A stretch of DNA of 61,710 bases, filler included, from 4 parts of 4 records of this genome joined end to end with filler, not necessarily neighbours in it; one strand, 5' to 3'; shown: positions 39,901 to 49,424, counted from the first letter of the whole stretch. The notes: generated by a model from the letters alone, not told the origin. Numbers and translations: made by a program.

Positions 39901-40818
39901 CTTGAAAATCATACCGGTGAACTGTGGAATATTTTTGATATCTTAAATCCAGGCCTTTTAGGGAATCGCAGTGCTTTCAATAAAAATTTTGCCTTACCCA
40001 TTGAGCGAGGAGATAAAGTAGCTCTTAAGAAGTTGAGAAGTCGAATCAAGCCTTTTCTGTTGCGTCGTTTGCGCAAAAATGTTCTCGATGATTTGCCCGA
40101 GAGTCAAGAAAGTACTTTATCAGTCGAGATGAGTGAGCAAGAAATGGAGCTTTATAATGCTCACCGTTATCAAGCGATTAAGAATTTGAAGAAATTCCGC
40201 AAAGAGCAAGGCCCCAAAAAGAAAAAGATAGAAATTCTGGCAGAAATAACGCGCTTGCGTATAGCAGCCGCAAACCCTCAAATTGTCGATCCCCAATTAG
40301 AGATCTCTAATAAAAGTAGAATGTTGATCAATAAGCTTATTAGCTTGGTTGAGAATAAACACAAAACATTAATTTTTTCTCAATTTGTGGGGCATTTAGA
40401 CGTTATTCAGAATCTGTTAGAGAATGAGAATATGGCCTATAGTCGTTTAGATGGGAGTATGAATCAAAAACAAAGACAGAAGGCAATCCAGCAGTTTTCT
40501 GAGGGGAATGCTGATTGTATGTTAATCAGTCTTAAAGCGGGTGGTGTTGGTTTAAATTTAACCGCTGCTGACCATGTGATTCATATGGACCCATGGTGGA
40601 ATCCCGCTGTAGAGGATCAGGCTGTGGCAAGAGCTCTGCGCATTGGTCAGAAGAATAAAGTCAATGTAATACGCTTCATTTCTCAAGGTACAATAGAAGA
40701 AGACATCGTTAAATTACATGAAAATAAAAGAAATCTTGCCGATGACCTTTTACGAGGAAGTTCCAAAGCTTCTAAGCTTTCTATCGATGAATTACTGACT
40801 TTGATTGAAAGTAACTAA
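36934..40818 (+). CDS. SNF2-family helicase-like ATPase
   Basis: LRPYQ, LADDMGLGKT, DEAQ, SGTPLEN, LIFSQF, LKAGGVGLNL and WWNPAVE..RIGQ motifs. Confidence 0.95.
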   Translation: MKSKSSELLVSYANACFGSESYLESYKSQFPKVLTYLESKTLSQVTSSRLKLLSELKKHGYLEGVRDLISKPFKGERLSDENIPYFENLLFLAFIDQDSASYKNYLKLLCKFQRVLPEKLILRVLGVYQSDDLLVSLPHEIARIYSRPELIHNIFEPDCDRHKLLWLFEHGSADDRALASFVLNKFNEVEKSEGVIVSVLRFWQEQKYEDLLQRLSGIHKLIESGKIKKERFNFLIVMIHVLSLLRHYGPREAREVFLAYQTSLGTNTMMRVLDIAIDYQAGNIKRTKLKLKQLVYGFQGKKSELFFRSLAYFWINDGCSARELQQLKELREEYLVSVNKFLFFEVDALLMKIVDAEDFSTSIRDRSFPFLCDLFVSSQSWTGLLESLQKNAEPSILLWLVRLDSGSSKQTAWCEIEPALAVRKSKKKLSPPKIISWQDLLERQDKLELLEADLKIINLLHETDEDSHLSYAFPEKKALELLSGAENAYLMDEPEQQLVIIKRSPELSLKESNTFFELEWDYPTHAGDLHIEEVDDFKYEVCYLSDAEVLLREKVEASLHLPKDPFKVHEFIGALNRDIVLKGDLPLSSASKEQATKTELLCRFDSSGVEYMLEVLVQAPWEGYTQCPGQGASVILEKFHGKSYEWQRDLALEKKIYHKLMDSLDLDPSLGYEFEIYDRQHLLEILDTLHEQKNIKLQWPKELKITAHRYSAGSISVKASESRDWFQIEGKLVFNKTVVELAKVLEKMKTESRFIELKDNQYLILTEELRQQLVDISQLVDQREECLLLHSALAEQMNSQLTGVPVDLEEDILFKDAVTRAIYAKREMAQTPHELKATLRPYQETGFRWLTQMTAQNIGVCLADDMGLGKTLQTLVALLLKQAEGPSIVVAPTSLCMNWCQEGKKFTPTLNFINYTSANRSKLLSDLSAGDVLVLSYSILIHDCELLSEKIWNVMVLDEAQMVKNTGTLRSKSIRLLQSQYRIALSGTPLENHTGELWNIFDILNPGLLGNRSAFNKNFALPIERGDKVALKKLRSRIKPFLLRRLRKNVLDDLPESQESTLSVEMSEQEMELYNAHRYQAIKNLKKFRKEQGPKKKKIEILAEITRLRIAAANPQIVDPQLEISNKSRMLINKLISLVENKHKTLIFSQFVGHLDVIQNLLENENMAYSRLDGSMNQKQRQKAIQQFSEGNADCMLISLKAGGVGLNLTAADHVIHMDPWWNPAVEDQAVARALRIGQKNKVNVIRFISQGTIEEDIVKLHENKRNLADDLLRGSSKASKLSIDELLTLIESN

Positions 40819-40907
40819 GATTCTCAACTCTATATATGTAATCCCATTGTTTTTTGTGTATAACTCTCTTTGTAAGTGTTGTTAAATTTTGTTAAAGGGC
40901 AATCGAA

Positions 40908-42440
40908 ATGTTAACAAAAGTTTGGAGTGTTAGTTTAAGTGGCATCTCTCCTTTTATTGTAGAAGTAGAAGTGAGTAATAATGCCAAGGGCAATGAAAAT
41001 TACGTCAATATAGTTGGTCTGCCAGATGCTTCTGTAAGGGAAAGCCGAGAGCGCATCAGATCTGCCGTTTATGCATCGGGTTTAAAGTTTCCAGAAGGGG
41101 CGAGTACTGTAGCGTTGGCACCAGCAGATGTTAAAAAAAGTGGAGCAGCATTAGATCTACCAATCTCCTTAGGTTTGGTTTCTTTAACCAATGATTTATC
41201 AAAGGAAGTCTTTGAGAAGTGTCTTATATTGGGCGAGTTGGCACTGGATGGAAGGCTAAGGCCGATTAAGGGTTGTTTGGCTATGGCCGTCTATGCACGG
41301 GAGAAAGGTTTTAAAAGAATGTTAGTGCCTTCAGTTAATGCTCCTGAAGCTGCCGTGGCTGAAGGTGTCGAAGTATTTGCTATTGACACTTTGCGGCAGG
41401 CTTATGATTTCTTATCGGGCAAAGAAAAGCTGACTAAAGTCAACTGTGATTTATCGACAATGTTTGCCAAGGAGAGAGAGTTTGCTCATGACTTTTCATA
41501 TGTGAAAGGGCAGCATGCCGTCAAAAGAGGCCTAGAAATTGCCGCCGCTGGTTCTCATAATATTTTGATGATTGGCCCTCCAGGTTGTGGTAAAAGCTTA
41601 TTGGCCAAAAGTTATTCTTCTATTTTACCGGAGCTCGATTTAGAAGAGGCTTTGAAGGTCACACAAATACACAGTATCGCTGGGCATTTAGGAGAAGGTC
41701 AACCCTTGATTACTGATCGACCATTTCGTTCTCCGCACCATACAATTTCAGATGCAGGTTTGCTCGGCGGGAGTTCAAATCCACGGCCTGGTGAAGTGAG
41801 TTTGGCTCATAAGGGAGTATTATTTCTCGATGAGCTTCCCGAGTATAAACGATCGACTTTAGAGGTGATGCGGCAGCCATTGGAGTCAGGTGAGGTGACC
41901 ATTTCTCGGGCTTCAGGAACCGCAACCTTTCCGGCAGATTTTATGCTGCTGGCGGCAATGAACCCATGTCCCTGCGGTTTTCACGGGGACTTAACTCGGC
42001 GCTGCCGCTGCTCGATGAATCAGGTGATGCGCTACCGTTCAAAGATAAGTGGCCCTCTGTTGGATCGCATCGATATTCACTTAGAGGTTTCGGCAGTTTC
42101 AGAAGATGAATTATTAAATAAAGGGACTGGCGAGTCTTCAGTAGATATCAGGCAAAGGGTCGAAGGTGCCAGAGCACTACAGAGAAAAAGGTTTGGTAAT
42201 GGTTCTGAGACAAATGCCTCCATGAAACCTGGTGATCTTCAAGAATATTGTCAGGTTGATACCTCCGGCCGCAATCTTTTGAAAACAGCTATCAACGAAC
42301 TTGGTTTATCTGCTAGAGCCTATGATCGTATTTTACGCTTAGCCAGAACGATTGCCGACCTCGAAGATTCAGAGAATATTGAGGCGCACCACATCGCCGA
42401 AGCGATCCAGTATAGAACCCTTGACCGCAAGCTTTGGTGA
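40908..42440 (+). CDS. comM: YifB/ComM family Mg-chelatase-like AAA+ ATPase
   Basis: VGLPD, GPPGCGKS, RPFRSPHHT, PGEVSLAH, AAMNPCPCG and ISGPLLDRID motifs. Confidence 0.93.
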   Translation: MLTKVWSVSLSGISPFIVEVEVSNNAKGNENYVNIVGLPDASVRESRERIRSAVYASGLKFPEGASTVALAPADVKKSGAALDLPISLGLVSLTNDLSKEVFEKCLILGELALDGRLRPIKGCLAMAVYAREKGFKRMLVPSVNAPEAAVAEGVEVFAIDTLRQAYDFLSGKEKLTKVNCDLSTMFAKEREFAHDFSYVKGQHAVKRGLEIAAAGSHNILMIGPPGCGKSLLAKSYSSILPELDLEEALKVTQIHSIAGHLGEGQPLITDRPFRSPHHTISDAGLLGGSSNPRPGEVSLAHKGVLFLDELPEYKRSTLEVMRQPLESGEVTISRASGTATFPADFMLLAAMNPCPCGFHGDLTRRCRCSMNQVMRYRSKISGPLLDRIDIHLEVSAVSEDELLNKGTGESSVDIRQRVEGARALQRKRFGNGSETNASMKPGDLQEYCQVDTSGRNLLKTAINELGLSARAYDRILRLARTIADLEDSENIEAHHIAEAIQYRTLDRKLW

Positions 42441-42712
42441 TTCTTCCTGTGGTCAACTAGCAATGCTTATGTAGTTTCCTTGAAAATCTCGATTGAGTCT
42501 TTGGCCTAACAGATCGATAGCCCATTGTCGCCGCTAATGATGAGCGAATACTTTCTATTTTGGTCAATTAAATATTACATAAACATCTAATATAACTTGG
42601 GTTGTTAAATGGACGAATCGGAGGCCGAGAGACCACAGATTAACCGTGATATACCGTGGCCATGGACTCGCAGCCCAGAATATGTTAAGGTTTCCGTCAA
42701 TATAGGCATAAC

Positions 42713-42989
42713 TATGTGATTGTACACTTTAATAATTATTTCCATGGGGCACTATTCTCTAGCGGAGTATAGGTCCGGATATAAACGCGCCATTGACTAT
42801 ATACTGAAAAAATAACCAACAGCAAAAATTATTCTTGCACAAGTAAATGCCGTGTCTGCCGGGAATGATCGTAATTATATTTTGGCAGATGTCGCAGCAC
42901 GGGATGTTCTTATTAGAGAATTAACACAAGAATACCAAGTAGAGTTATTCACTTACTCTATCGATTGCCGGAAGTTGCCTGCTGAATAG
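42713..42989 (+). pseudogene. Decayed SGNH/GDSL-hydrolase-like gene fragment
   Basis: Reads YVIVHFNNYFHG, then a frameshift in GGGG 42746-42749, then HYSLAEYRSGYKRAIDYILKK*PTAKIILA...; in-frame TAA at 42813-42815. Confidence 0.5.
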
Positions 42990-43384
42990 CTTGGCGATAA
43001 TATCAAGCGCTTATTGAGCATTGAGTAGGATCAAGCAATAGATCTCAGTCCAATTTATTCAGGCCGATAATCTAAAATATTTTGAATTTCAAAGCAACTA
43101 AGGCTAAAAAATACAAAAAGTACTTCTCTCGAATCTTCATGACTTAGAAACTAAATAGTATTGGAAGTCGCCGTCCTTGTTGTTCTTGTCGACGATGCAA
43201 AGTCAATGTATCTCGAAGCTATTCAGTTTAGGGTTATTACCGGTAAGTTATGGTGAAATGTTTCAGGTTGCCGAGATTAGTTTAGGATGTCAATGGATAC
43301 CTTTGCTCGAAATAGTGAAGGATGTTGTCAAAGGTTTCTTTAGGTGTCTTGGTTCATCTAAAAGTACGCAACTAAGAAATGTTA

Positions 43385-44380
43385 TTATGCGCTTTTGATT
43401 CCTAGATTATAGTTACTTTCATTGTCTTTCTTGTTGAGGTTATATTTTCTTCTTTGAATTTTAGCCTCTTTAAGCTTTTGGTCTCTTTGTTCAAGTATCT
43501 GTTTTTGCCTTCCTTTGAGCATATCTGATGGAGTGATATAGCTAGTAGCACTGTGTAATCTCTGATTATTGTAGTACTTCACATAGTCATCAATAATTTT
43601 TTCAGCGTCAGCTTTATTCATTGGAGCCATGACTCTTATACACTCGCTTTTAAGAGATCCGTGAAACCTTTCTTGCTTACCATTACTTTGAGGATAATAA
43701 GGAGACGTAGTTGTATGTGAGTATTGATTCCTGCTAATGAACTGAGTAAACTCCCGGCTTTTGTATTGGCTGCCATTATCGGTAATACATCTGGGTGTTG
43801 CTTCTGGGAAAGCCTCTGTTGCTTTTTGAAAAACAAGATTCACATCTTTTGTCTTCATCTTCTCCCGTAAACTCCAGGCTATGACTGCACGGCTATAACC
43901 GTCAATAATGCTGATGAGATGATAAACTGTATCTCCACATGTAACATTGGTAATATCGCTGTGCCATTGTTCATGAGGTCCTAAAGGCTGAGTAAAACCA
44001 TTGCCTTTAGAACTGGACTTGACCGTTCTAGAGCGCATCACATCAGCCTCTGTTAATATGCGATAAACTGAAGAGGGTTGAACATAAGCAACATCCTGAT
44101 CTATCATCATGTAGGCACAACGGCGATAGCCATCATTAGGATGTGCTTGATAGAAACTAATAATGGCCTCTTTCTCCTTCTGAGTAATTTGCTCAGAAGA
44201 TGGAAGATTACAGCTATATAGCCAAGGCCGACCATAAGCTTGCTTCCAGGTATAGAATTTCTTTCGCTCAAAACTTAGGAGCTTTAAAAGATGCGATTCA
44301 CTAAAACCTGTTTGTGATTTTTTGAAGGTAATAAAATCTACAACTTCATCTCGAATGTCGGGTTCAGTCCAGCCTTTCAT
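43385..44380 (-). CDS. IS3-family transposase OrfB (DDE integrase core)
   Basis: GYRR, WHSDIT, IIDGYSR, TDNGSQY, PQSNGKQERF and YNNQRLHSA motifs. Confidence 0.95.
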   Translation of the reverse strand: MKGWTEPDIRDEVVDFITFKKSQTGFSESHLLKLLSFERKKFYTWKQAYGRPWLYSCNLPSSEQITQKEKEAIISFYQAHPNDGYRRCAYMMIDQDVAYVQPSSVYRILTEADVMRSRTVKSSSKGNGFTQPLGPHEQWHSDITNVTCGDTVYHLISIIDGYSRAVIAWSLREKMKTKDVNLVFQKATEAFPEATPRCITDNGSQYKSREFTQFISRNQYSHTTTSPYYPQSNGKQERFHGSLKSECIRVMAPMNKADAEKIIDDYVKYYNNQRLHSATSYITPSDMLKGRQKQILEQRDQKLKEAKIQRRKYNLNKKDNESNYNLGIKSA

Positions 44381-44685
44381 TAGTTCTCCCCATTCTTTTT
44401 TTTAGAGTCCATTAGCTCTTCGATAAGCTCACTGACAACTTGATCTTTCCGTAGAAGTTTTGATTCAAGTTGGTCGACTTTACTTTCGAGCTTTTTGACT
44501 TTCTTATCTGGCCGAAGAGCTGAGGCTCCGTTTTGAAAAAGTTGAGTTTGCCACTCATAGAAACGATTGGGATCGACACCAAGTTCATCACAGATTTCAG
44601 AAACCGGGATTTGTTCTAAAAGATGACGTTTAACTGCAGATACTTTATCTTCTGCACTAAGATAAGGACGTTTATTCTCTGACAT
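44380..44685 (-). CDS. IS3-family transposase OrfA (HTH + coiled coil)
   Basis: HTH VSEICDELGVDPNRFYEWQ, a leucine-zipper-like tail, and an end at the A8G slippery site. Confidence 0.92.
   Translation of the reverse strand: MSENKRPYLSAEDKVSAVKRHLLEQIPVSEICDELGVDPNRFYEWQTQLFQNGASALRPDKKVKKLESKVDQLESKLLRKDQVVSELIEELMDSKKKNGEN
44395..44403 (-). promoter_or_regulatory. -1 programmed ribosomal frameshift site A-AAA-AAG
   Basis: The minus strand reads TCT AAA AAA AAG AAT; a -1 slip gives GAA TGG GGA GAA CTA ATG AAA, in frame with OrfB. Confidence 0.85.
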
Positions 44686-44911
44686 TTTGTTCTCCGTTTG
44701 GGTTATAAAAACTCAAATTAACAAAATCTCAACTGCGGATTTCTAAATGAGGCAGGACATAGGGAGTTCAGCTCACTCACTTTTAGCGACATACTTTTTT
44801 TATATGAAATGATGTTTGAATTGTCTTTCTGAATTGATAAATTGTCAATGAAATAGAAAGAATACTTTCTCGGTAGATAATATTCTCTCTTAAAAATAAT
44901 TCAGGAATATT

Positions 44912-45000
44912 ATGCATATTTATATTGATGCCGATGCATGCCCTCAACCGGTCAAAGAAGTTGTTTTTAAAACCGCAAAGCGCTTGTCTTTACCTTTAAC
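44912..45000 (+). CDS. YaiI/YqxD (DUF188) family protein, N-terminal fragment
   Basis: Manual translation MHIYIDADACPQPVKEVVFKTAKR. Confidence 0.88.
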
Positions 45001-45100
45001 NNNNNNNNNNNNNNNNNNNNNNNNNNNNNNNNNNNNNNNNNNNNTTAATTAATTAANNNNNNNNNNNNNNNNNNNNNNNNNNNNNNNNNNNNNNNNNNNN
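45001..45100. other. Artificial contig linker
   Basis: N44-TTAATTAATTAA-N44. Confidence 0.99.
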
Positions 45101-45101
45101 G

Positions 45102-45245
45102 ACCCCAAAAGGTATTCGTGAGAAATCTTTAATCACTAACAAATTTGTTGTGCGAAAAAAACAAGAATATGAACTATTAAAAAAAGAGATCATTGAATTA
45201 GAGCAGGATTTAGGCGTAAAGATAGAATCGAAAAAATTCTCATAA
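45102..45245 (+). CDS. EPS-associated MarR-family transcriptional regulator, C-terminal fragment
   Basis: Manual translation TPKGIREKSLITNKFVVRKKQEYELLKKEI matches the TPKG..EK...T..F..RK..EY..LK.EI pattern; heads a polysaccharide locus. Confidence 0.82.
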   Translation, partial: TPKGIREKSLITNKFVVRKKQEYELLKKEIIELEQDLGVKIESKKFS

Positions 45246-45633
45246 ATAACAATGGAATAATGAAATGTTATGTCATATAAAATCTAGATCAATTACAATA
45301 GATTGAAGCTTCCGATAATCTAGTGTTGTGAGTGGCGAAGCATAAATTGGGCGTTTCAGTTAAAAGTCAAAGCTAATGTGTAAAAGGCACCACCGAAATC
45401 TGCTCGCTGGGCATAGACTTAAATGATAGATTTTGTTATTTTATTTCTATGGGAGTGGTGCAAGTTTCAAGATTGCGATCGATGACTGATTTGCTGTGCA
45501 AGTTGGCCCGTGATGGTAAGACCCTACTTCGCTTGAGGGATATGGTGATCGCTGCGTGTAATTAAGAGAGGCAAATGTTTAATAATGTCCAGAAGTCCAT
45601 GACCTGCAAAGACGTTTTGATCGGTTGTGAAAA

Positions 45634-46470
45634 TTGAAACAAATTAGAAAGGCTGTTTTTCCTGTTGCCGGTTTTGGAACACGTTTCTTACCTGCAACTA
45701 AGGCGATGCCAAAGGAGCTGCTACCAATTGTTGATAAACCACTGATCCAATATGCTGTGGAAGAAGCGATTGCGGCTGGTATCGACACACTAATTTTTGT
45801 GACCGGTCGAAATAAACGTGCAATTGAAGATCACTTTGATGCAAATTTTGAATTGGAAACCTTGCTGCGAACAAAAGGTAAGATAAAGCAAGCTGAGATG
45901 GTCCGTAATATTATTCCAAAGGGTGTTGAATGTATTTTTGTACGCCAGGCTGCACAACTTGGGCTAGGGCATGCGGTTCTATGTGCTGAGCGCGCGGTTG
46001 GAGGGGATCCCTTTGCCGTTTTATTGGCCGATGATTTCCTAACTGATTACGAACGTGGTGTGACTGCCGATCTTGCGAATGCATTTTCAAAAAGTGGCAA
46101 GTCACAGTTGTCTGTGATGGAAGTCAATGGGCCCGAAATTTCGAAATATGGTGTTGTGGTGCCTAACAGTACGGGAACAAATATTATTGGTTTGATTGAA
46201 AAGCCAGACTTAAGCGAGGCGCCATCAAATCTTGCATCTATTGGGCGATATGTTCTGACACCTGATATTTTTGAAACTTTACGTGGTTTGAGTTCTGGAT
46301 CAGGGGGCGAAATACAACTTGCTGATGCTATAAACATTCATGCACAAATGGATAAAGTTGAAACCGTATGCCTAAACGGTCGGCGTTTTGATTGTGGATC
46401 AGTAAAAGGCTTCATTATGGCATCAATTCATGAATTTGACTCAAGAAATGTCGTGCAAGGTGATCATTAA
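45634..46470 (+). CDS. galU: UTP-glucose-1-phosphate uridylyltransferase
   Basis: KAVFPVAGFGTRFLPATKAMPKELLP, GLGHAV and GEIQL motifs. Confidence 0.96.
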   Translation: MKQIRKAVFPVAGFGTRFLPATKAMPKELLPIVDKPLIQYAVEEAIAAGIDTLIFVTGRNKRAIEDHFDANFELETLLRTKGKIKQAEMVRNIIPKGVECIFVRQAAQLGLGHAVLCAERAVGGDPFAVLLADDFLTDYERGVTADLANAFSKSGKSQLSVMEVNGPEISKYGVVVPNSTGTNIIGLIEKPDLSEAPSNLASIGRYVLTPDIFETLRGLSSGSGGEIQLADAINIHAQMDKVETVCLNGRRFDCGSVKGFIMASIHEFDSRNVVQGDH

Positions 46471-46558
46471 TTATCAAGTTCAGTATATTTACTCTGTCAT
46501 CTGTAGGGTGTAAGAACATTTCTTGGTGCTTTATTAAGAATGAAGTTTGGTATTATTT

Positions 46559-47725
46559 ATGAAAATTGTAGTTATAGGATTGGGTTACGTTGGTTTGTCA
46601 AATGCTGTGTTATTGGCCCAGCATAATGAAGTAATTGGCGTTGATATCTTACAGGATCGTATTGACGCACTAAATGCGAGACAGTCGCCGATTGTTGATG
46701 CGGAACTTTCAGAGTATCTGGCTGAGAAAGAGCTCAACCTTTCTGCAAGTACTGATTTGAAAGCGTCAGTTAATGGTGCTGAATATGTGATCGTGTCGAC
46801 GCCCACGAATTATGATGATAAAGCAAACTTCTTTGATACGTCGTCGGTAGAAGCGACTATTTCTCAAGTCATTGAGAGTGAACCACGTGCCTGTATTGTT
46901 GTGAAATCAACCATACCAGTTGGATTTGTTGATGACGTGCGAAAGCGTTTAAAAACTGAGGCAGTGATCTTTTCTCCTGAATTCTTGAGAGAAGGCAATG
47001 CTCTGTATGATAACCTATATCCTAGCCGTATTATTGTCGGTGAAAAGTCTAAGCGTGCGGAAATATTCGCAGGCTTACTCTCTAGAGGTGCGTTGAAAAA
47101 AAATGTTGACCTTTTGTTCACGGGTACACGTGAAGCTGAAGCTATCAAGCTATTTTCAAACACCTACCTTGCTATGCGGGTTGCTTTCTTCAACGAACTG
47201 GACAGCTACGCGCTAGCAGGTGACATGAGTAGTCGTGAAATTATTCATGGGGTTTCGTTTGACCCACGCATTGGCAATCATTATCTTAATCCATCATTTG
47301 GTTATGGAGGGTATTGTTTGCCAAAGGATACGAAGCAACTACTTGCGAATTATGATAGTATTCCTCAGAATATCATTCGGGCAATCGTTGATGCAAACGC
47401 AACTCGAAAGAATTTTTTGGCAGACGAGATTATAAAAAAACAGCCCAAAATTGTTGGCGTATATCGTCTAGCAATGAAGGCTGGAAGTGATAATTTTCGA
47501 CATAGTTCCATTCAAGGAATTATGAAGCGTATTAAGGCCAAGGGCATTGAAGTTATAGTCTACGAGCCTGAATTTAAGGAGGCTGAATTTTTTAATTCAA
47601 CTGTTGAAGCTGACCTAGATTTGTTCAAGAAAAATGCAGATATCATTCTAGCTAATCGCTTGGTTGATGAATTAGACGATGTACATGAAAAAGTGTTTAC
47701 TCGCGACTTATTTGGAGCTGATTAG
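46559..47725 (+). CDS. ugd: UDP-glucose 6-dehydrogenase
   Basis: [33 protein letters not shown] and KVFTRDLF motifs; start at ATG 46559. Confidence 0.95.
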   Translation: MKIVVIGLGYVGLSNAVLLAQHNEVIGVDILQDRIDALNARQSPIVDAELSEYLAEKELNLSASTDLKASVNGAEYVIVSTPTNYDDKANFFDTSSVEATISQVIESEPRACIVVKSTIPVGFVDDVRKRLKTEAVIFSPEFLREGNALYDNLYPSRIIVGEKSKRAEIFAGLLSRGALKKNVDLLFTGTREAEAIKLFSNTYLAMRVAFFNELDSYALAGDMSSREIIHGVSFDPRIGNHYLNPSFGYGGYCLPKDTKQLLANYDSIPQNIIRAIVDANATRKNFLADEIIKKQPKIVGVYRLAMKAGSDNFRHSSIQGIMKRIKAKGIEVIVYEPEFKEAEFFNSTVEADLDLFKKNADIILANRLVDELDDVHEKVFTRDLFGAD

Positions 47726-47727
47726 GG

Positions 47728-48768
47728 TTGCAATACAAAAAACAAAAAACTGCTCTCGTGACAGGTGCAGCGGGCTTCATTGGCTACCATATATCAAAAA
47801 GGCTGCTTAATGAAGGTTGGCGCGTGGTTGGTTTTGATTGCATGTCTGATTATTATGACGTATCCCTTAAAGAGCGACGCGAGAGTATGCTTATGCAGAG
47901 TGCTTGTTATCGATCGATCCACGAAAAAGTTGAAAAGCCCAATGCTCTTATGGAACTGTTCAAAGAAGAGCGGCCCGATGTTGTCATTCACTTGGCGGCC
48001 CAGGCGGGTGTCAGGTATTCAATTGAAAACCCGCGTGCCTACCTTGAAAGTAATATTAGCGGGACTTTTGAGCTATTGGAGTCTGCGCGCGCGTATCCTC
48101 CAAAACATTTGTTGCTTGCGTCAACTTCTTCTGCCTACGGTGCAAGTGAGGAAATGCCTTACAAGGAAACAGTGAAGGCCGATCATCAAATGTCGTTTTA
48201 CGCAGCCACTAAAAAGTCCACTGAAAATATGGCTCATAGCTACGCTCATTTATTTGACTTGCCGGTTACAATGTTCCGGTTCTTCACAGTATATGGGCCA
48301 TGGGGACGCCCTGATATGGCTTTATTCAAATTTACGAAAGCCATTCTAGATGGTGACCCAATAGATGTGTATAACAACGGTGAAATGAGTCGAGATTTTA
48401 CCTATATTGATGATCTTGTGTATGGCATGCGATTACTAATTGATACTATCCCAGGTGATCAAAACTCCCAAGGTGAAAATAATGTTGTGTTAGACAGTAA
48501 ATCATGCGTGGCACCCTTCAGAGTTGTCAATATTGGTAACTCTAAGCCTACACAATTGCTGGATTATATAATCGCCATTGAAAAATCTATTGGCAAAAAG
48601 GCCATTAAAAATTTTATGCCAATGCAGTTGGGTGACGTACCAGAGACTTGGGCTGATACTTCACTTTTAGAGACTTTAACAGGCTATAGACCCAACACCG
48701 ATACAGCGGCTGGTGTGCAAAAGTTTGTCGATTGGTATCGTGTTTATTTATCGGGGTTGGAACATTGA
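47728..48768 (+). CDS. UDP-glucuronate 4-epimerase-like NAD-dependent epimerase
   Basis: TGAAGFIG, HLAAQAGVRYS, YAATKK and FFTVYGPWGRPDMA motifs. Confidence 0.92.
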   Translation: MQYKKQKTALVTGAAGFIGYHISKRLLNEGWRVVGFDCMSDYYDVSLKERRESMLMQSACYRSIHEKVEKPNALMELFKEERPDVVIHLAAQAGVRYSIENPRAYLESNISGTFELLESARAYPPKHLLLASTSSAYGASEEMPYKETVKADHQMSFYAATKKSTENMAHSYAHLFDLPVTMFRFFTVYGPWGRPDMALFKFTKAILDGDPIDVYNNGEMSRDFTYIDDLVYGMRLLIDTIPGDQNSQGENNVVLDSKSCVAPFRVVNIGNSKPTQLLDYIIAIEKSIGKKAIKNFMPMQLGDVPETWADTSLLETLTGYRPNTDTAAGVQKFVDWYRVYLSGLEH

Positions 48769-49424
48769 GAAATGTAACAATTCTTGTGCCGGCAAGAGCG
48801 GGGTCCGTCGGAGTTAAAAATAAAAATCTACGCATGATAAATGGGCGATCACTTATACAAAGAGCTGTTGATTTAGGCCTCAGCTTGAATTTCCGAGTTG
48901 TTGTTACGACCAACATAAAAAAACCTTTGCCAAATGACTATGAACGTCATGTACAAATATATCGTCGAGCAGAGGATTTATGCTCAAATAAATCTGATAT
49001 GACACCGGTTATTAAGGACGTAATTAATAATTTAAAGCTAAAAGGTGTAATTGTTTTATTACAACCTACATCGCCTCTACGCACAGTAAGTCAATTGAGC
49101 GATGTATTGGAAATGTATTTTACTTTGAATCCAACCCTTTGTTTGAGTGCCACACTAAACGATAGTGTAATTCTCAAAAATTTGATTAAAAAAGAAAATA
49201 AATTTTTACCTATATCAAGAAATGAGTATTTATTTCAGAACAGGCAAACCTTGCCGGAAGTGTTTCGTCCAAATGGTGCCTTTTTTATATTTGATGCAAC
49301 GGATTTCAACATTAATGGCTTCAATTTAAAAAATATAGCAGTATTTGAGATGGATGAAATCACAAGCTTAGACATAGATAATGAAAAAGATTTTGAGAGG
49401 GCCGAGAAGTATGCCAGCTCATAA
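48765..49424 (+). CDS. neuA: Acylneuraminate cytidylyltransferase (CMP-sialic acid synthetase)
   Basis: PARAGS.G..NKN, LLQPTSPLR, PNGA and SLDIDN motifs; probable TTG start overlapping the previous stop. Confidence 0.9.
   Translation: MRNVTILVPARAGSVGVKNKNLRMINGRSLIQRAVDLGLSLNFRVVVTTNIKKPLPNDYERHVQIYRRAEDLCSNKSDMTPVIKDVINNLKLKGVIVLLQPTSPLRTVSQLSDVLEMYFTLNPTLCLSATLNDSVILKNLIKKENKFLPISRNEYLFQNRQTLPEVFRPNGAFFIFDATDFNINGFNLKNIAVFEMDEITSLDIDNEKDFERAEKYASS

Larger units (their letters stand above)
43345..44759 (-). mobile_element. Complete IS3-family insertion sequence (1415 bp)
   Basis: TG...CA ends with imperfect IRs TGTCCTGCCTCATTTAGAAATCCGCAGTTGAGA and TGTCTTGGTTCATCTAAAAGTACGCAACTAAGA (23/33 match); flanking TAGG duplication at 43341-43344 and 44760-44763; orfA plus orfB. 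Confidence 0.95.

Noticed and set aside
43177..43398. 73-aa ORF next to the IS
   Set aside because: It runs across the IS end at 43345, so it is chimeric. Reconstructing the empty site gave only short stop-interrupted frames, so no interrupted gene could be named.
12642..45100. Three identical TTAATTAATTAA palindromic motifs flanked by Ns
   Set aside because: These are artificial six-frame-stop linkers. They are not biological repeats, and no linkage across them should be inferred.
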